In this document: piece by piece, positions 34,801-45,625 of the stretch | How positions within the stretch are numbered: the stretch's first letter is position 1 | Layout: the number at the start of each line of letters is the position of its first letter | IMG/VR virus record: IMGVR_UViG_3300032332_000594 | Coordinates: 1-54,933 of that record | From: a virus | Lineage: Duplodnaviria; Caudoviricetes | Strand: one strand, 5' to 3' | DNA length: 54,933 nucleotides | The notes under the pieces: model-generated | Told to the model about the DNA's origin: nothing | The model's database searches: none | What the model saw: only the letters and a program-made list of their open reading frames with translations | Program-made: the position numbers and the translations under genes

Positions 34801-36807
34801 CTACGAAGATTGACCTACAGGAATCGTGGCGCCTTTTACATAGACTCGCCATTGAATGTTCAAAGGAAATTCATCTGGAAGACGTTTCAAAAGCCTGTCA
34901 AATTTAAGGGTGCTACTAGGGTACGTGTAACTCACAGAGGCCCCAGACGTCCCACTCCAGACACACCCTTCAAGACCTGCTTGAGAACCATCAAAGTAAT
35001 CAAGCAAAGTACTTGTATTCTCAAAAAGTAAAGCGTCAATAAAGAATTTTTCAGTAGACAAAGGACTCTTAATGTAAACATACACCGTTGCGTAAGACGC
35101 ATTAGACGGGGCTACTCCTGTTACAGATAGCCGAGTCCAATTAGACGTTGTGGTTGCGGTTTGAACCCCATCAGTGGACGAGATTAATACGTCCGCAGAA
35201 GTCCACCATTTAATAGATACATACGCGTTTCTAGCAACCGTGTCAGACTTTACATAAGCACTCAAGGTGTAATAATTATTTGGAGTAACTGCTGAGTGGT
35301 CGGATGTTCTTGCGTGTTTATCTGCCGAAGTGTTTGCAGTTAATTGAAGTGACGCTATTCCATATTTGTAAGTAGAAGTTACTCGGGCGATGGCTCCGTC
35401 AGTGACCCACCCTGTAGTTCCTGTGTTTTCAAATGAAGGATTAGTAACTAAGTTTGTACGAACAGGCTGTAGTGTGATGTCTACCGCATTAGGTTCATAG
35501 TACGTTGTAGCGGTTCCTTCATTAAATGAGAAACAATCAAACGTAATTTGTTGAGATGCTGACCCTGTAATTACAACCTCAAATCCAGCAAACAAAGACC
35601 CGTTTGGAGATGTAGCAGTTAGTGTTTTTTGAGCCCAAGACCCTGTTAACGAAAGAGACGCTGATGAAGATACTGATGAAGGGATTTCGTTTCCAAACTT
35701 GTCGTACCAACGGATCTTAAGGACAATGCTGGCAGTTGCCCCTGAGTTGTAACGGGCGTATGTTGAAAACGTGTATTGAGTTGCTTCGTTTACAGGTACC
35801 GCTTTAGTAACAGCGGAGGTTCCTAATGCCATAGTAGCCGGAGAAGTAGTGATTACTAACTTACCTACATAATTATTTGTAATAGCGTTAGTGACAGTTG
35901 GCCGTGCTATGGTTGAATCGGATGTTAGAGTACCGTTTGTAACGGTCCAATTACCGACTGACTTTTCAAAAGATGAGTCTTGTTGATTGAGTATCAAGTT
36001 TTTAGAAAGATTAATTTCAGGTAAGAACCCTGTTAAAGAATAAATAAAGGATGTAAGCCCACCAAGGGTTCCTTTATTTGCGTAATGCAGGATGGCATTC
36101 TTTATTAACTCTTTCCTATTTTTAATAGGAAGGTTAGGCTCAATAGGTAGCCCTAACGATTTTTCTTTTGCTAAAAGAAGTTCTGGTGGGCAGTTTTTTT
36201 CAGAGTAATCCGGTTTGATTAGGTTTGTTAAAGTTAATAGTTCATCATGTGTGAGTCCAAAGCCATACAAGTAATCGTAAAGTGTTGTATCAGTAGATGA
36301 CGGTCCAACACTATCCGCTTCACTTGATGTAAACACCCGAGGTAATAATCCATACAAGGTATCCGCTGACTTTAATGAACTAGGTATAAGAGTGTTTACT
36401 TCTCCAGCAACAAACCACACACCGTTGGTACCTGCGTCAATGCTTTGCAAGAATACTCGGTAATAAGCATGTGCTCCAGCAGTTAACGCTTGGTTATTTG
36501 TCCCTACACCGTCGGTGAGGTTCTCTATACCATCAAGGAAAGTTTGTTTGGTCGGATACACTGATGTGGTGGAACTGAACGCCCCAAACTCTTCGTAGAT
36601 AACTACACCATCATAAGCAGTCTCTGGGTATCCTGATTGATTTCTTACAAGGCGAATTCCACTGTAGGAACCTCCGGGAGTACTCCAAGTTACCCTGACT
36701 ACTCCGTCATCCACTACTGTAGCACTTAAAGGATCTACTCGTAGGTACTGCCCTGACTGGGTACCATAAGTAAACGACTGATAAGTTCCGGAATTGTATT
36801 TAGTCAT
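34801..36807 (-). CDS. baseplate/tail protein, gpI-like wedge domain plus two carbohydrate-binding-like modules
   Basis: LY.LLP...KGT..GL pattern; repeated NL..N.SFE...W jelly-roll modules. Confidence 0.75.
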   Translation of the reverse strand: MTKYNSGTYQSFTYGTQSGQYLRVDPLSATVVDDGVVRVTWSTPGGSYSGIRLVRNQSGYPETAYDGVVIYEEFGAFSSTTSVYPTKQTFLDGIENLTDGVGTNNQALTAGAHAYYRVFLQSIDAGTNGVWFVAGEVNTLIPSSLKSADTLYGLLPRVFTSSEADSVGPSSTDTTLYDYLYGFGLTHDELLTLTNLIKPDYSEKNCPPELLLAKEKSLGLPIEPNLPIKNRKELIKNAILHYANKGTLGGLTSFIYSLTGFLPEINLSKNLILNQQDSSFEKSVGNWTVTNGTLTSDSTIARPTVTNAITNNYVGKLVITTSPATMALGTSAVTKAVPVNEATQYTFSTYARYNSGATASIVLKIRWYDKFGNEIPSSVSSSASLSLTGSWAQKTLTATSPNGSLFAGFEVVITGSASQQITFDCFSFNEGTATTYYEPNAVDITLQPVRTNLVTNPSFENTGTTGWVTDGAIARVTSTYKYGIASLQLTANTSADKHARTSDHSAVTPNNYYTLSAYVKSDTVARNAYVSIKWWTSADVLISSTDGVQTATTTSNWTRLSVTGVAPSNASYATVYVYIKSPLSTEKFFIDALLFENTSTLLDYFDGSQAGLEGCVWSGTSGASVSYTYPSSTLKFDRLLKRLPDEFPLNIQWRVYVKGATIPVGQSS

Positions 36808-36813
36808 TGGCTA

Positions 36814-37296
36814 TTAACACCCAATAAGAAACAAAGGATTAAAAGAAGAACCAGTAGCAACTTTTTCAGTTCCAACATAGAGGTCGCTGTTGCTATCTAC
36901 TTTAATTACTACGTTATTGCTAGAGTCTTTAATCTGAAGCAAGTCTACGGATTGACCGCTGGCTTCTTTAAGAACAAGACCAACGGTGCTGCTAGACGAA
37001 GGTGTAATAGTGCTTCCACCTGCATTTTTTACATACTGGGTGTGAGCGTCTGCTAAAAGTCCTGCTTCAATGTTCTCAATACGAGCACGCAAAGATGACC
37101 AAATGTAAGCCGTGTTCTGCATGTTGGTTTGATTGAATGTAGGGGTAGACGCAGGGCTATGAGTAATTAAAGTGCCCAAAGTATTCTCTAGCAGTACTAC
37201 TTCAGTCTGCAGATCGTTTACGTGAGCAGCCAGAACGTTGTCTGTTAAGTCTTTTTTTATAGTAAAAGTCTTTACTTCTACTGGATAATCAGCCAT
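36814..37296 (-). CDS. minor tail/virion protein
   Basis: A.HVNDLQ.EV..LE..LG motif; located in tail module. Confidence 0.65.
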   Translation of the reverse strand: MADYPVEVKTFTIKKDLTDNVLAAHVNDLQTEVVLLENTLGTLITHSPASTPTFNQTNMQNTAYIWSSLRARIENIEAGLLADAHTQYVKNAGGSTITPSSSSTVGLVLKEASGQSVDLLQIKDSSNNVVIKVDSNSDLYVGTEKVATGSSFNPLFLIGC

Positions 37297-37329
37297 ACAT
37301 CTCTCCTAAACGAGTAACTTCCACTATTG

Positions 37330-37358
37330 ACAATACCTTTATCTACGGCATTTTTCTT
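37330..37358 (-). promoter_or_regulatory. candidate promoter AAGAAA-N17-TATTGT
   Basis: -10 identical to that at 53071 with the same spacing. Confidence 0.45.
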
Positions 37359-37374
37359 AATAAACTACGGGTTC

Positions 37375-38103
37375 CTACAGTTGCTGGGCAGTAACAATGA
37401 CACTAGCCGTCGTAGGTGTGGTAGGGGTTGTCCCTCCAGCATAGGTTTGAAGAGTTACAGCGGTACTGTCTGACTGCCACATGATTTCTATGAATTGACC
37501 TGCAGTTACTTTAATAAAGTAGTTCCAGCCAATTACAGTGTGCCCATGGTCATTTCCGTGCTTACTTGGAACAGATATGAATCCAGTAGACCCGTCTATG
37601 TTTGTATTACTTTTTTTAAGCCAAACTTGAATGTCATGGTCTGAAGTACTTGTGTTTTGAAATTGACCGGACCATTGAAGGTTGTATACCCCCGAGTGGT
37701 CGAATGTAATTTTAGAGTTATCTACGACGCGAACACCATTAGACTCATCAACTATTCCAAGACGCATTGGGTAAGCCGTTGTCGTACTAGTTATTGTTTG
37801 AGTCGTGTTGTCTTGAAAAGCGCCATAGTAACTTGTTTTAAATTGCAACTCAGGGACATCACCAAACGCCCCTGACCACACGGGGTAAGAAGGGTCCCCC
37901 GCTTCAAATTGAATCCACACACCAGAGTTAACCGCAGGTGTGTAAGGGTAACTGTTATCAAACGGATAAACCCAGTTAGTTTCAGCGTCCCCTGTAAGTT
38001 GTGGGACAGTTACTTTAATCCTATTAAGGTTTTCAGGATCAGAGTTAGTAGTCACTACTCCACGATAAATCCCGTAATGGCGTTTAATATCTAACTCAGC
38101 CAT
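37375..38103 (-). CDS. gp5/gpV OB-fold spike protein with C1q/BclA-like C-terminal domain
   Basis: GIYRGVV..N.DP....RIKV.VP and [15 protein letters not shown]; C-terminal ITF..SGVYNL...QF. Confidence 0.85.
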   Translation of the reverse strand: MAELDIKRHYGIYRGVVTTNSDPENLNRIKVTVPQLTGDAETNWVYPFDNSYPYTPAVNSGVWIQFEAGDPSYPVWSGAFGDVPELQFKTSYYGAFQDNTTQTITSTTTAYPMRLGIVDESNGVRVVDNSKITFDHSGVYNLQWSGQFQNTSTSDHDIQVWLKKSNTNIDGSTGFISVPSKHGNDHGHTVIGWNYFIKVTAGQFIEIMWQSDSTAVTLQTYAGGTTPTTPTTASVIVTAQQL

Positions 38104-38104
38104 A

Positions 38105-39709
38105 CTAGTTTACGCTTAATACATCACTAGAGATTACAAAGATTTCGTTGTTAGCACCTACAAGGTTTGTAACACCAGCACTTCCGCCCACTTTGCTAAT
38201 ATCTGTTACAACAGCGTACTCAACACCTTCTACCCTTTGTGCCTGATACTGAATCTTTTCTTTTGTAATTGTTGAATTAAAGTACTGGTTTTTATAAGAC
38301 AAGTAATCTAGTACTTGAGCCTTAACGGCTGCTTTGACATCAGCCGCTACGTAGTTGTCTAATACGTGCACGGTTAATGTGCAAGTAATGTGAGTATACA
38401 TAGGAGGAAGTACAGTTACTGTTGTTCCAATTAAAGATTGAGAAAGCAAACTGCTTTGTACTGTTTGCATACTGTTGTAAAAATCACTCGTAGGTAAAGC
38501 CGTATTACCATATCCAGTCATTCCCGGGTAAGGGTAGTACGACGAGTCATCGGAAGCCACATATGGAGCGATGTACACAACTACAGAATTAGGTGTTGAA
38601 GCAATTGCTTTTGTTTTTCCAACGTACTCAATACCAAAAGGAATAGTCTCATAATCAGAAAGAGTAACCGCCCTGTTTAAAGCAGAAAGTGACGTAGCAG
38701 CGTTGTACCTAATTGATTCAATGTCTTCTGGGTCGGAGCCACCTAACGATCCCTCATCATTGGTTACTTTTAAAGTTGTTTTTAAAGAAGCCAGAGTTAA
38801 TGAGTCAATACCCGGCATTGATGAAATGCTAGTGATAACTCCTTGAATTATGTTACCTACGGCTCCGCCACCAAGTGTGTACGCTACATAGACTGGAAGA
38901 TTAGTGGTGGGAATAGCACCTGACATTCCATCACCAAACACAATTTTAACTGTTTGATTTTCATCGTCTGTTTCTACAACAAAAACTTTATCTGACGAAC
39001 CGGAGTTTAAAAGGTTAGGTACTTGTTCCCATCTTTCCCAAAGCGTTCCATTCTTAACCGCAACCCCCATCAATCCAGCAACTAAAGGATATGCTGGAAG
39101 AGTTATAACTTGATTAGGTGTTCCATCTGAAATCAGTTGCTGATTACCATAGTTGGAGTCGTCAGGTGTGTCGTAAATTATTGACGAGCCTTCTATCGCG
39201 TACACGCTTGCTGTTCCCGGAGTAGTGCTATTAGTAGCCCATGGAACTACAACTTGTTCTCCTGTTTCAAAAGTTACGGTTACTTCTTTACCGTTGTGTT
39301 TAGTAACGCCTGTTACCCTAGTTCCTTCCGGAACAACCACACCTACACTAGTTCCGTAAGAAGGTAGTGGAGAAGGAACAGTTGCAGTATTGGTAAACTT
39401 TACATCTACCGTAGCCGAAGTGTACCCTCCCGGAAAGTATCCAAATTGTTTTGCTAAATTAGCCACGTTAGTTCGGTTTGTGGCAGTCGCCAACAATGAC
39501 TCATTTGCAACTCTATCGATGTAGTACGACATGGTATCTCCCATGTACGCAAATGCTTCGATAAGCGTAAGACCAAAGTCCGAAGGGTCGGTTCCTGTCC
39601 AGTTAGGTAGCCGAGATTGTACGCGTGCAATAAGTTCATTACGTAGAGCGTAGAAGTCTCTAGAGGTGTAGTCAATCGATGATTGAATTGGTAACGGATC
39701 AGCAGCCAT
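38105..39709 (-). CDS. baseplate wedge protein (gpJ/gp6-like)
   Basis: DYTSRDF, D.G.TLIE.FAY, FGDG..G.IP, GG.DPE and RAVT.SDY motifs. Confidence 0.92.
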   Translation of the reverse strand: MAADPLPIQSSIDYTSRDFYALRNELIARVQSRLPNWTGTDPSDFGLTLIEAFAYMGDTMSYYIDRVANESLLATATNRTNVANLAKQFGYFPGGYTSATVDVKFTNTATVPSPLPSYGTSVGVVVPEGTRVTGVTKHNGKEVTVTFETGEQVVVPWATNSTTPGTASVYAIEGSSIIYDTPDDSNYGNQQLISDGTPNQVITLPAYPLVAGLMGVAVKNGTLWERWEQVPNLLNSGSSDKVFVVETDDENQTVKIVFGDGMSGAIPTTNLPVYVAYTLGGGAVGNIIQGVITSISSMPGIDSLTLASLKTTLKVTNDEGSLGGSDPEDIESIRYNAATSLSALNRAVTLSDYETIPFGIEYVGKTKAIASTPNSVVVYIAPYVASDDSSYYPYPGMTGYGNTALPTSDFYNSMQTVQSSLLSQSLIGTTVTVLPPMYTHITCTLTVHVLDNYVAADVKAAVKAQVLDYLSYKNQYFNSTITKEKIQYQAQRVEGVEYAVVTDISKVGGSAGVTNLVGANNEIFVISSDVLSVN

Positions 39710-40107
39710 TAAAACTCCTCGTAAAGTGGACTTGTATTTGAAATGTATGCGATGCCTACCTCCACAGAAGCAGCCAACTCGTTAGGTAGGTCGTAATAAA
39801 TAGTTAGACTAGCAGTAGCCTCATCATATGAAGGGGTTACTTCCAACCCAACAAAAGTTAATAACGGTAAGTGTTTATCAAAGGCTTCCGCAACGGCTTC
39901 TTCAATTCCGCCGTTAATGTCTTCCAATAATTCAAACAAAGAGTAGTTAATATCGCATCCAAAAAGTGGGCGATAAACTCGTACTCCTTTTACTGTGCCA
40001 ATCACGGACAGCACTCGGTCAGCCCACATTTTTTCTTCAGTGGCTGCTAACGATACACTTCCCGATGAGTCGATAGTAAAAGGGAATGAAATTGCAGGGG
40101 TTACCAT
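39709..40107 (-). CDS. gp25/gpW-like sheath initiator
   Basis: FPF...T.KG.RVYRP.FG pattern. Confidence 0.88.
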   Translation of the reverse strand: MVTPAISFPFTIDSSGSVSLAATEEKMWADRVLSVIGTVKGVRVYRPLFGCDINYSLFELLEDINGGIEEAVAEAFDKHLPLLTFVGLEVTPSYDEATASLTIYYDLPNELAASVEVGIAYISNTSPLYEEF

Positions 40108-41429
40108 ACTCTTCCCCTTCTAAGTTTAGGTAGTACCGAACTTTGTTTATTTAGGCTTCCCGCACCGGAAATAGCCTGCCATCTCTCAGGATACCCTTCA
40201 AAACTTGTAGATTTTTCCTTAACAGCAAACCCTTTTGAAACTAATTGAGGAGTACTTAACGTTTGAGAGGTATCAGTAACAGTAAGTTCTTTTAAAGAGT
40301 ACTCCGGAGGAGCGGTGTTCCTACTATCTCCTACACCATCTGTGTGCAGAATTAACTCCATAGTGTATTTAGCACCCGGTTCTAAGATGTGGGTTGCCTC
40401 TTTAATTACCCAGTACCCATCCGTATCTTGGTTAGTTCCTACCACATATACAGGCATGTAAGGTTTTGCTCTAGGATCTCCTTCACACACTGCGCGGGCA
40501 GGTAAAAAGAACCTAGACTTTTCAATGTGAGACTTTACCGCTGTAATAACTTCTTCATCTGTGTGCACAACATGGTTAGTAGATACGTCGTCAAATAACG
40601 TTTTAGTAGCAGTAGTCCTTACTCTTTCAGTAACAGAAACATCTAATTCATCTGCTTTGTTTCTTATTACTGAAGCAGTTGTAGGAGAAACTCCCTGCAC
40701 AGACTTTGTAGCCCAAGCATGTTTAACACCTATTTGATTTGTTCCAAACAACTGTGAGGTATCTAAATGTTCAGCAATTAATGGCTCAAAAGAAATAAGA
40801 GTGCGTGAAAAAATTAAATCTTTTGCAACAGGTTGGTCCATACTAAACACTGGTGCAGCAGTTACGTTCTTTTCAAATAGTTCGGAACGAGGTTTAAAAA
40901 TAATAGTTGTTCCGTCTACTCTAACCCCGTAACCAATCCTCTCGGCTAACTCGCATATGAACTCCCAATCAGAAATACCAGATTGACTAAGTTGAGGAAA
41001 TTTTAAAGGATGGTCAGTAGTTACAACACTAAGGTTGTGCTTTGCGCCAATTTCTTTAACTACATCGGTCGCTGACTTATCCACATAAATAGTTGTTACT
41101 TTATTTTTTAACGGAAAAGACGCACCAATACAAACTATTTTTAAAGGGTTATTAAAGCCCGTGACAGAGGAGGGCGTTATGGAAGATACGTACCCAATGA
41201 ATTCTCCTGAAGCCTTAGGAGCAGTCCAAGTAATTTGTACAGGAGAACCTGTTTTTAAAGCCGGTCCATATTTAACATTTTCTCCACGATAAAACATGAC
41301 GGCTACATCATGTGACGCTTCCGCCATATGTACATGAATAACTGAGGGTTGAAGTTCTAATGAAGGAATCCCTAAGTACTTAACAAGGTACGAGGTTCCT
41401 CGTTTTTGTTGACCTAAGTAATTATTCAT
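40101..41429 (-). CDS. baseplate hub (gp27/gpD-like)
   Basis: Q...SDWEF..LA.RIGY and G.W.I....H motifs; position in module. Confidence 0.85.
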   Translation of the reverse strand: MNNYLGQQKRGTSYLVKYLGIPSLELQPSVIHVHMAEASHDVAVMFYRGENVKYGPALKTGSPVQITWTAPKASGEFIGYVSSITPSSVTGFNNPLKIVCIGASFPLKNKVTTIYVDKSATDVVKEIGAKHNLSVVTTDHPLKFPQLSQSGISDWEFICELAERIGYGVRVDGTTIIFKPRSELFEKNVTAAPVFSMDQPVAKDLIFSRTLISFEPLIAEHLDTSQLFGTNQIGVKHAWATKSVQGVSPTTASVIRNKADELDVSVTERVRTTATKTLFDDVSTNHVVHTDEEVITAVKSHIEKSRFFLPARAVCEGDPRAKPYMPVYVVGTNQDTDGYWVIKEATHILEPGAKYTMELILHTDGVGDSRNTAPPEYSLKELTVTDTSQTLSTPQLVSKGFAVKEKSTSFEGYPERWQAISGAGSLNKQSSVLPKLRRGRVW

Positions 41430-41697
41430 TTGGAATTCTTAATACCGTTCCGGGTTTAATATTTAATGGGTCAGAAATTTCAGGGTTGTAGTCCATGATT
41501 TTGTACCAAAGATTAGGAGTACCATAAAAGTTGTTTGCTACTTGATCTAACCGGTTGCCTTCTACCCATTCGTAAGTATAAAAAGCCCCATACCCCGTGG
41601 GCCATTTACGAAAAGCGGTTAATTGATGTGTTTCTAATCTGGTATCCCACATGTACGTTAGGTCAGACTCTGCGTACCTACTGTCTATATAAATCAT
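41422..41697 (-). CDS. LysM/gpX-like baseplate protein
   Basis: RLD.VA..FYG...LW..I.DYNP......PG.VLRIP. Confidence 0.85.
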   Translation of the reverse strand: MIYIDSRYAESDLTYMWDTRLETHQLTAFRKWPTGYGAFYTYEWVEGNRLDQVANNFYGTPNLWYKIMDYNPEISDPLNIKPGTVLRIPNE

Positions 41698-42941
41698 GGC
41701 AAATCCACCCACGTAGGTAGGTCTTCATTTAAAGGCATAACAAAACTAATTACAGGTACTTTAACTCCTTTAGAGTTTACTTTAATATGCGCATTGTATT
41801 TATATTTTTTTAATTTAAGGTATCTAATGAATCTGTTAATATTTTCATCCAGTATTCCCGCTGCACTTATGTTCAGAGTCTCAGGTTTTCCACTAATTTG
41901 AGCGTACAAGGTTGTCCCGTAAGGCACTACAAAAGTACGTTGAACTGTTTGAGCAGCAATGATTGCTGCGGCTGGTCCGCCATCAACAGCGGCAGGGAGT
42001 GCTTTTCCTGCTAATCTGTTTGTTTTTCCATTAATAGTTTTAGGAGCCCTAACAGTTGCCCCGCCGGTACCTGTGCCACTAGTCCCTGTATTTGTAGTTT
42101 TTTTCTTTTTAGTAGCAGGAGGTGGGTCGTCATTACTAGTAGCGACAGCGTTATCCACATACCGAGTCAGCGTTAAAGAAACGTTAGTCAAAATAGGAAC
42201 CATCCGATGGTCAAACATCGCATGGTCTAATGTTATTCCACTACAGTAAACTGAATACTTCATGTACTCATTAAGTTTCATTAAAAAAGGAGTACCACCA
42301 AGATAACCAAAATCAGCAGTGTTGCCTCTAAATTTAGTTTTAAGTTTGTAACCAGAAATAACAGAAAGTAAATACTCTATGTCATACATGGTTCCCATTT
42401 TTCTAATTTTCTTAGCGGTATCATCGCTAATTTGACGAGGATACGGGTTATGTTTTGATGGAATACCTGTTTTGTCTAAGTACTTCATGTCATCAATACG
42501 GTTAATCATTAAAGAAAATTGAAAAGTACTACCTTGAATAGGTGTCACAAAGTTTGTGGGGTCTTGACCTGAAAGTAGCAGGCTTGGGTCAAACCCATCC
42601 GCAAAGCCATACCCCATAGAAATAGTAGTTGGGTTGTAAAGAAATCTAAACCCATAAATTGTGCGAGTATTATCATTTCCTTCTTCTTGATTGTATTGCT
42701 TTACATACTCTTTATCTGAAATAAACAACCCTTTTTTAAGAGGGCGGTATCCTGAAACACCTAAGATCTCTTGCGCGTCTCGGCGTTCTTGCTGGTTTGT
42801 GTCACGAATCTTCATAGCAGGGTATGCTTCAGAAACCATAGGTGCATTAATGTCTACTTCAGTTGTGACAAATGACCCGCTTTTGTATTTACCTGAAGAG
42901 TAAGAAAACGCGTTTCCTTTAGGGGCTGCTTTATACGCCAT
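41694..42941 (-). CDS. tail tube initiator-like baseplate protein
   Basis: F.FLYNP motif and MFD..MVP; lies between tape measure and LysM genes. Confidence 0.65.
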   Translation of the reverse strand: MAYKAAPKGNAFSYSSGKYKSGSFVTTEVDINAPMVSEAYPAMKIRDTNQQERRDAQEILGVSGYRPLKKGLFISDKEYVKQYNQEEGNDNTRTIYGFRFLYNPTTISMGYGFADGFDPSLLLSGQDPTNFVTPIQGSTFQFSLMINRIDDMKYLDKTGIPSKHNPYPRQISDDTAKKIRKMGTMYDIEYLLSVISGYKLKTKFRGNTADFGYLGGTPFLMKLNEYMKYSVYCSGITLDHAMFDHRMVPILTNVSLTLTRYVDNAVATSNDDPPPATKKKKTTNTGTSGTGTGGATVRAPKTINGKTNRLAGKALPAAVDGGPAAAIIAAQTVQRTFVVPYGTTLYAQISGKPETLNISAAGILDENINRFIRYLKLKKYKYNAHIKVNSKGVKVPVISFVMPLNEDLPTWVDLP

Positions 42942-42942
42942 G

Positions 42943-45465
42943 TTACTTACTCCTTAAAGTACTAATGTGGTTATCGTTTTCCCACAACTTTTTAACTTGT
43001 TTAGCAAACTTCATGGCTTCTTCGTCACTTGCTTTTTCAATCTTTAAAGTAACGTTAACGGTTTTACCGCCACCTTGTCCGGCTAACGACTCACGCATAG
43101 CATTACGAAGGACCTCAGCAGTGCCCGCAGGAATAATCATCTCTCCAGCATGTACGTTTGCAGTATGATCTTTTGAAAGATTCCAAGCGCCTTGTGAGTA
43201 TCCGGGAAGCCCAGCGTTCCCAGCGGCTCTAGTAAACCCATAAAGGTTTTGCATAACATCTCCGGCGTTGCCTAGAGACCCTGACAAACTAAACAAAGAT
43301 CCTGATACACCTGCTGCTTCAGATGTCGAAAGAGGACCCTCTCCAAACAACGACGGAGGAGCAAACAAGTACTTACTAAACCCTGTTCTACCGTCCAAAG
43401 CAGACCTAGAGGAAGATGAGCGAGAAGCAGGATGGCTAGAGACTCCCGTAGACACACTTGCGGCAATAGGCGCAGCATTTTTATTTAGAGGGTGCCCTTT
43501 AGCAGGGTCCACCCAACCGCGATAAGGTTTTCCCCACGCTCTTGTTAAATGGTCAATAGTTGTAACGTCGGGTTTGCCTCTTCGCAGAATGTCGGTAGAG
43601 ATAATTTTACCGCCACCTAAAGAGAGTGCTACGTGACCGTAGGTTCCTCCACCCCAAATAACCATTGCTCCGGGAGGTGCATCTTTACCTGTATGAGCGC
43701 GACCTTCACGTACAGCCACAGCCCAATGTTCGTGAGGATGATCGTAACGGTAGCGTCTACCGTAAGCGGCTTCCACAAACGTTTCACAACGCTCAAACCA
43801 GTTCTCACTACTATTTTGAACTTCTTTTAATGCCCACGAGACGGCTTGTCCTACGGTACGTGGAAGACCAGTGCCTGTTGAACTATGTCCTTTAGTCTTA
43901 GGAGTATTAGAGTCTCCTTTAGCACCTAGTCCTCGCTTACCGAACAGGTACCCTCCACCATAAGAAAGGCCTCCTACAATACCGCCCGCTAAAGCGCCCC
44001 AAGGACCACCCATAAAAGTACCAGAAATAGCACCTGCACCTACTGACCCGCCAAAGTTTTTCCAACTCCAGTCGTCATCTTGGTACCCTGTTTTAATTGC
44101 GTCTCCAATTGTTATTGCAGCGCCTACTCCGGGAAGTAGTCGTCCTCCAAATTTGGCAAACTTACCACCTTTAGCAAACAACCCTCCAAGTCTAGAAAGA
44201 ATGTTTGCTCCTCTTCCAAGAAGGCTTGCTTTAGGAGCGGCATGGCGTCCTTTTGATGCGCCCCCTCCAAGGATATTTTTTGCAGTATTAAAGAGACCCC
44301 TACCTACAAGGTATCCTCCAGCAGTTCCTAAAAGGCTACTTACAGCACCAACTGCAGCGTCTCCTCCTTGAAGTCCCTTCATACCTTGTATAAAACCTTT
44401 CGCCTCAAGTAACGCTCCAAATTTAGAAACATTACGAGCAAACGCTTCATTAGCAGCCACGTACACTTTTACGGCTTTAGTAAATCCTGCAATAAGTTTG
44501 TCAGTAGCAGCGTCAATAGCGTCTGCACGAGCCGCATTAGCCTCGCCTAAAAGTGCATAAGGACTTTGATTGCCCTGTGCTTTTGAACGGCCAAGGGCAG
44601 CGTTCACACCTCCGGGCTTGGAGTAGTTAATCGGTTTGCCACCAGCACGCTGTTGGAACATGTCCAACATCATCATTTGAGTGTTTTCATCAAACCCCAA
44701 AGCATTTAATTGCTGACCAAGAATACCACCTTGGTAAGAGCGCAGGATTTGGTCGGAAGTGACTTTTTTACCGCCATAAAAACGACCGTACAATTGGTTG
44801 GCAACATTTGTGAGGCTATTAGTCTGCCCTGTACGGCTACTAGAAACATTGATACCGACTCGGTACAACTGAGACGCCATAGGGCCTCGGTAAATGCTTG
44901 AGATAGATTGAGCAGCCGCTTCATTTTGAATGCCCAAACGAGCATACGCGGATGTGGACTCAGCAATAGCGTTAGTAAATCCAGTGCGAGTTAACGCAGT
45001 ATTTCCATAAGCAATTCCTTGCATGGACAACAAAGCAGAAGTACTAGCCATGCTAGTAGGGCTGCTAATACCTAGGCGGTTAGCCGAACCCATAGTTATT
45101 GCAGCGAGTCTATTTTGAGACAGTCCTGAATTGCCACGTATGTTGGCGTCGTAATACCCCGAGGTTCTTTGAAGGGCATCTCCTAAATTAGGGATTGCAT
45201 TCATAACCCCTTTACCAAGGTTAAAAGCACCTGTCGCTATAGCGCCTCTGCCTGAAAATGCACCTAGGCTGTTAGCCATAGAGTTACCAGCGCCACCAGC
45301 GCCAAGCCCCATAGCGCCTGCGCCAATAGACGCACGAATAGCATCTCGGACTCCTGAACTAGAGCCCGAGATGCTCTTCATTTTTGCTTCAACTTGAGTT
45401 AGTTGTGTAAGGATTTTTGCAAGACTGTCACTTACACCGTCCATGCTACTAGACAGATCTGCCAT
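42943..45465 (-). CDS. tape measure protein with CHAP/NlpC-P60-like domain
   Basis: Long Ala/Gly-rich helical protein; CETFV...GHVALS catalytic Cys/His; H.GEMIIP motif. Confidence 0.85.
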   Translation of the reverse strand: MADLSSSMDGVSDSLAKILTQLTQVEAKMKSISGSSSGVRDAIRASIGAGAMGLGAGGAGNSMANSLGAFSGRGAIATGAFNLGKGVMNAIPNLGDALQRTSGYYDANIRGNSGLSQNRLAAITMGSANRLGISSPTSMASTSALLSMQGIAYGNTALTRTGFTNAIAESTSAYARLGIQNEAAAQSISSIYRGPMASQLYRVGINVSSSRTGQTNSLTNVANQLYGRFYGGKKVTSDQILRSYQGGILGQQLNALGFDENTQMMMLDMFQQRAGGKPINYSKPGGVNAALGRSKAQGNQSPYALLGEANAARADAIDAATDKLIAGFTKAVKVYVAANEAFARNVSKFGALLEAKGFIQGMKGLQGGDAAVGAVSSLLGTAGGYLVGRGLFNTAKNILGGGASKGRHAAPKASLLGRGANILSRLGGLFAKGGKFAKFGGRLLPGVGAAITIGDAIKTGYQDDDWSWKNFGGSVGAGAISGTFMGGPWGALAGGIVGGLSYGGGYLFGKRGLGAKGDSNTPKTKGHSSTGTGLPRTVGQAVSWALKEVQNSSENWFERCETFVEAAYGRRYRYDHPHEHWAVAVREGRAHTGKDAPPGAMVIWGGGTYGHVALSLGGGKIISTDILRRGKPDVTTIDHLTRAWGKPYRGWVDPAKGHPLNKNAAPIAASVSTGVSSHPASRSSSSRSALDGRTGFSKYLFAPPSLFGEGPLSTSEAAGVSGSLFSLSGSLGNAGDVMQNLYGFTRAAGNAGLPGYSQGAWNLSKDHTANVHAGEMIIPAGTAEVLRNAMRESLAGQGGGKTVNVTLKIEKASDEEAMKFAKQVKKLWENDNHISTLRSK

Positions 45466-45625
45466 TTGCTATCCTTTCTAACTTCATTCTGGCCATCTCT
45501 AGCCAGTTCTTTCTTTCACGAGGACTTAATTCTTTTACTTCAGTTAAAGTCCACCCTGTGTAGACGCTACAAATAGCGTCCCACTCGTACACTAGTTTGG
45601 TGTAACTAGAGGTACTAGAAGCGAA
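45449..45625 (-). CDS. tail assembly chaperone C-terminal extension in the +1 frame (or separate ORF from GTG 45592)
   Basis: Open frame FASSTSSYTKLVYEWDAICSVYTGWTLTEVKELSPRERKNWLEMA...; GWT..E...L...ER..W is typical of such extensions. Confidence 0.75.
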   Translation of the reverse strand, partial: FASSTSSYTKLVYEWDAICSVYTGWTLTEVKELSPRERKNWLEMARMKLERIANGRSV

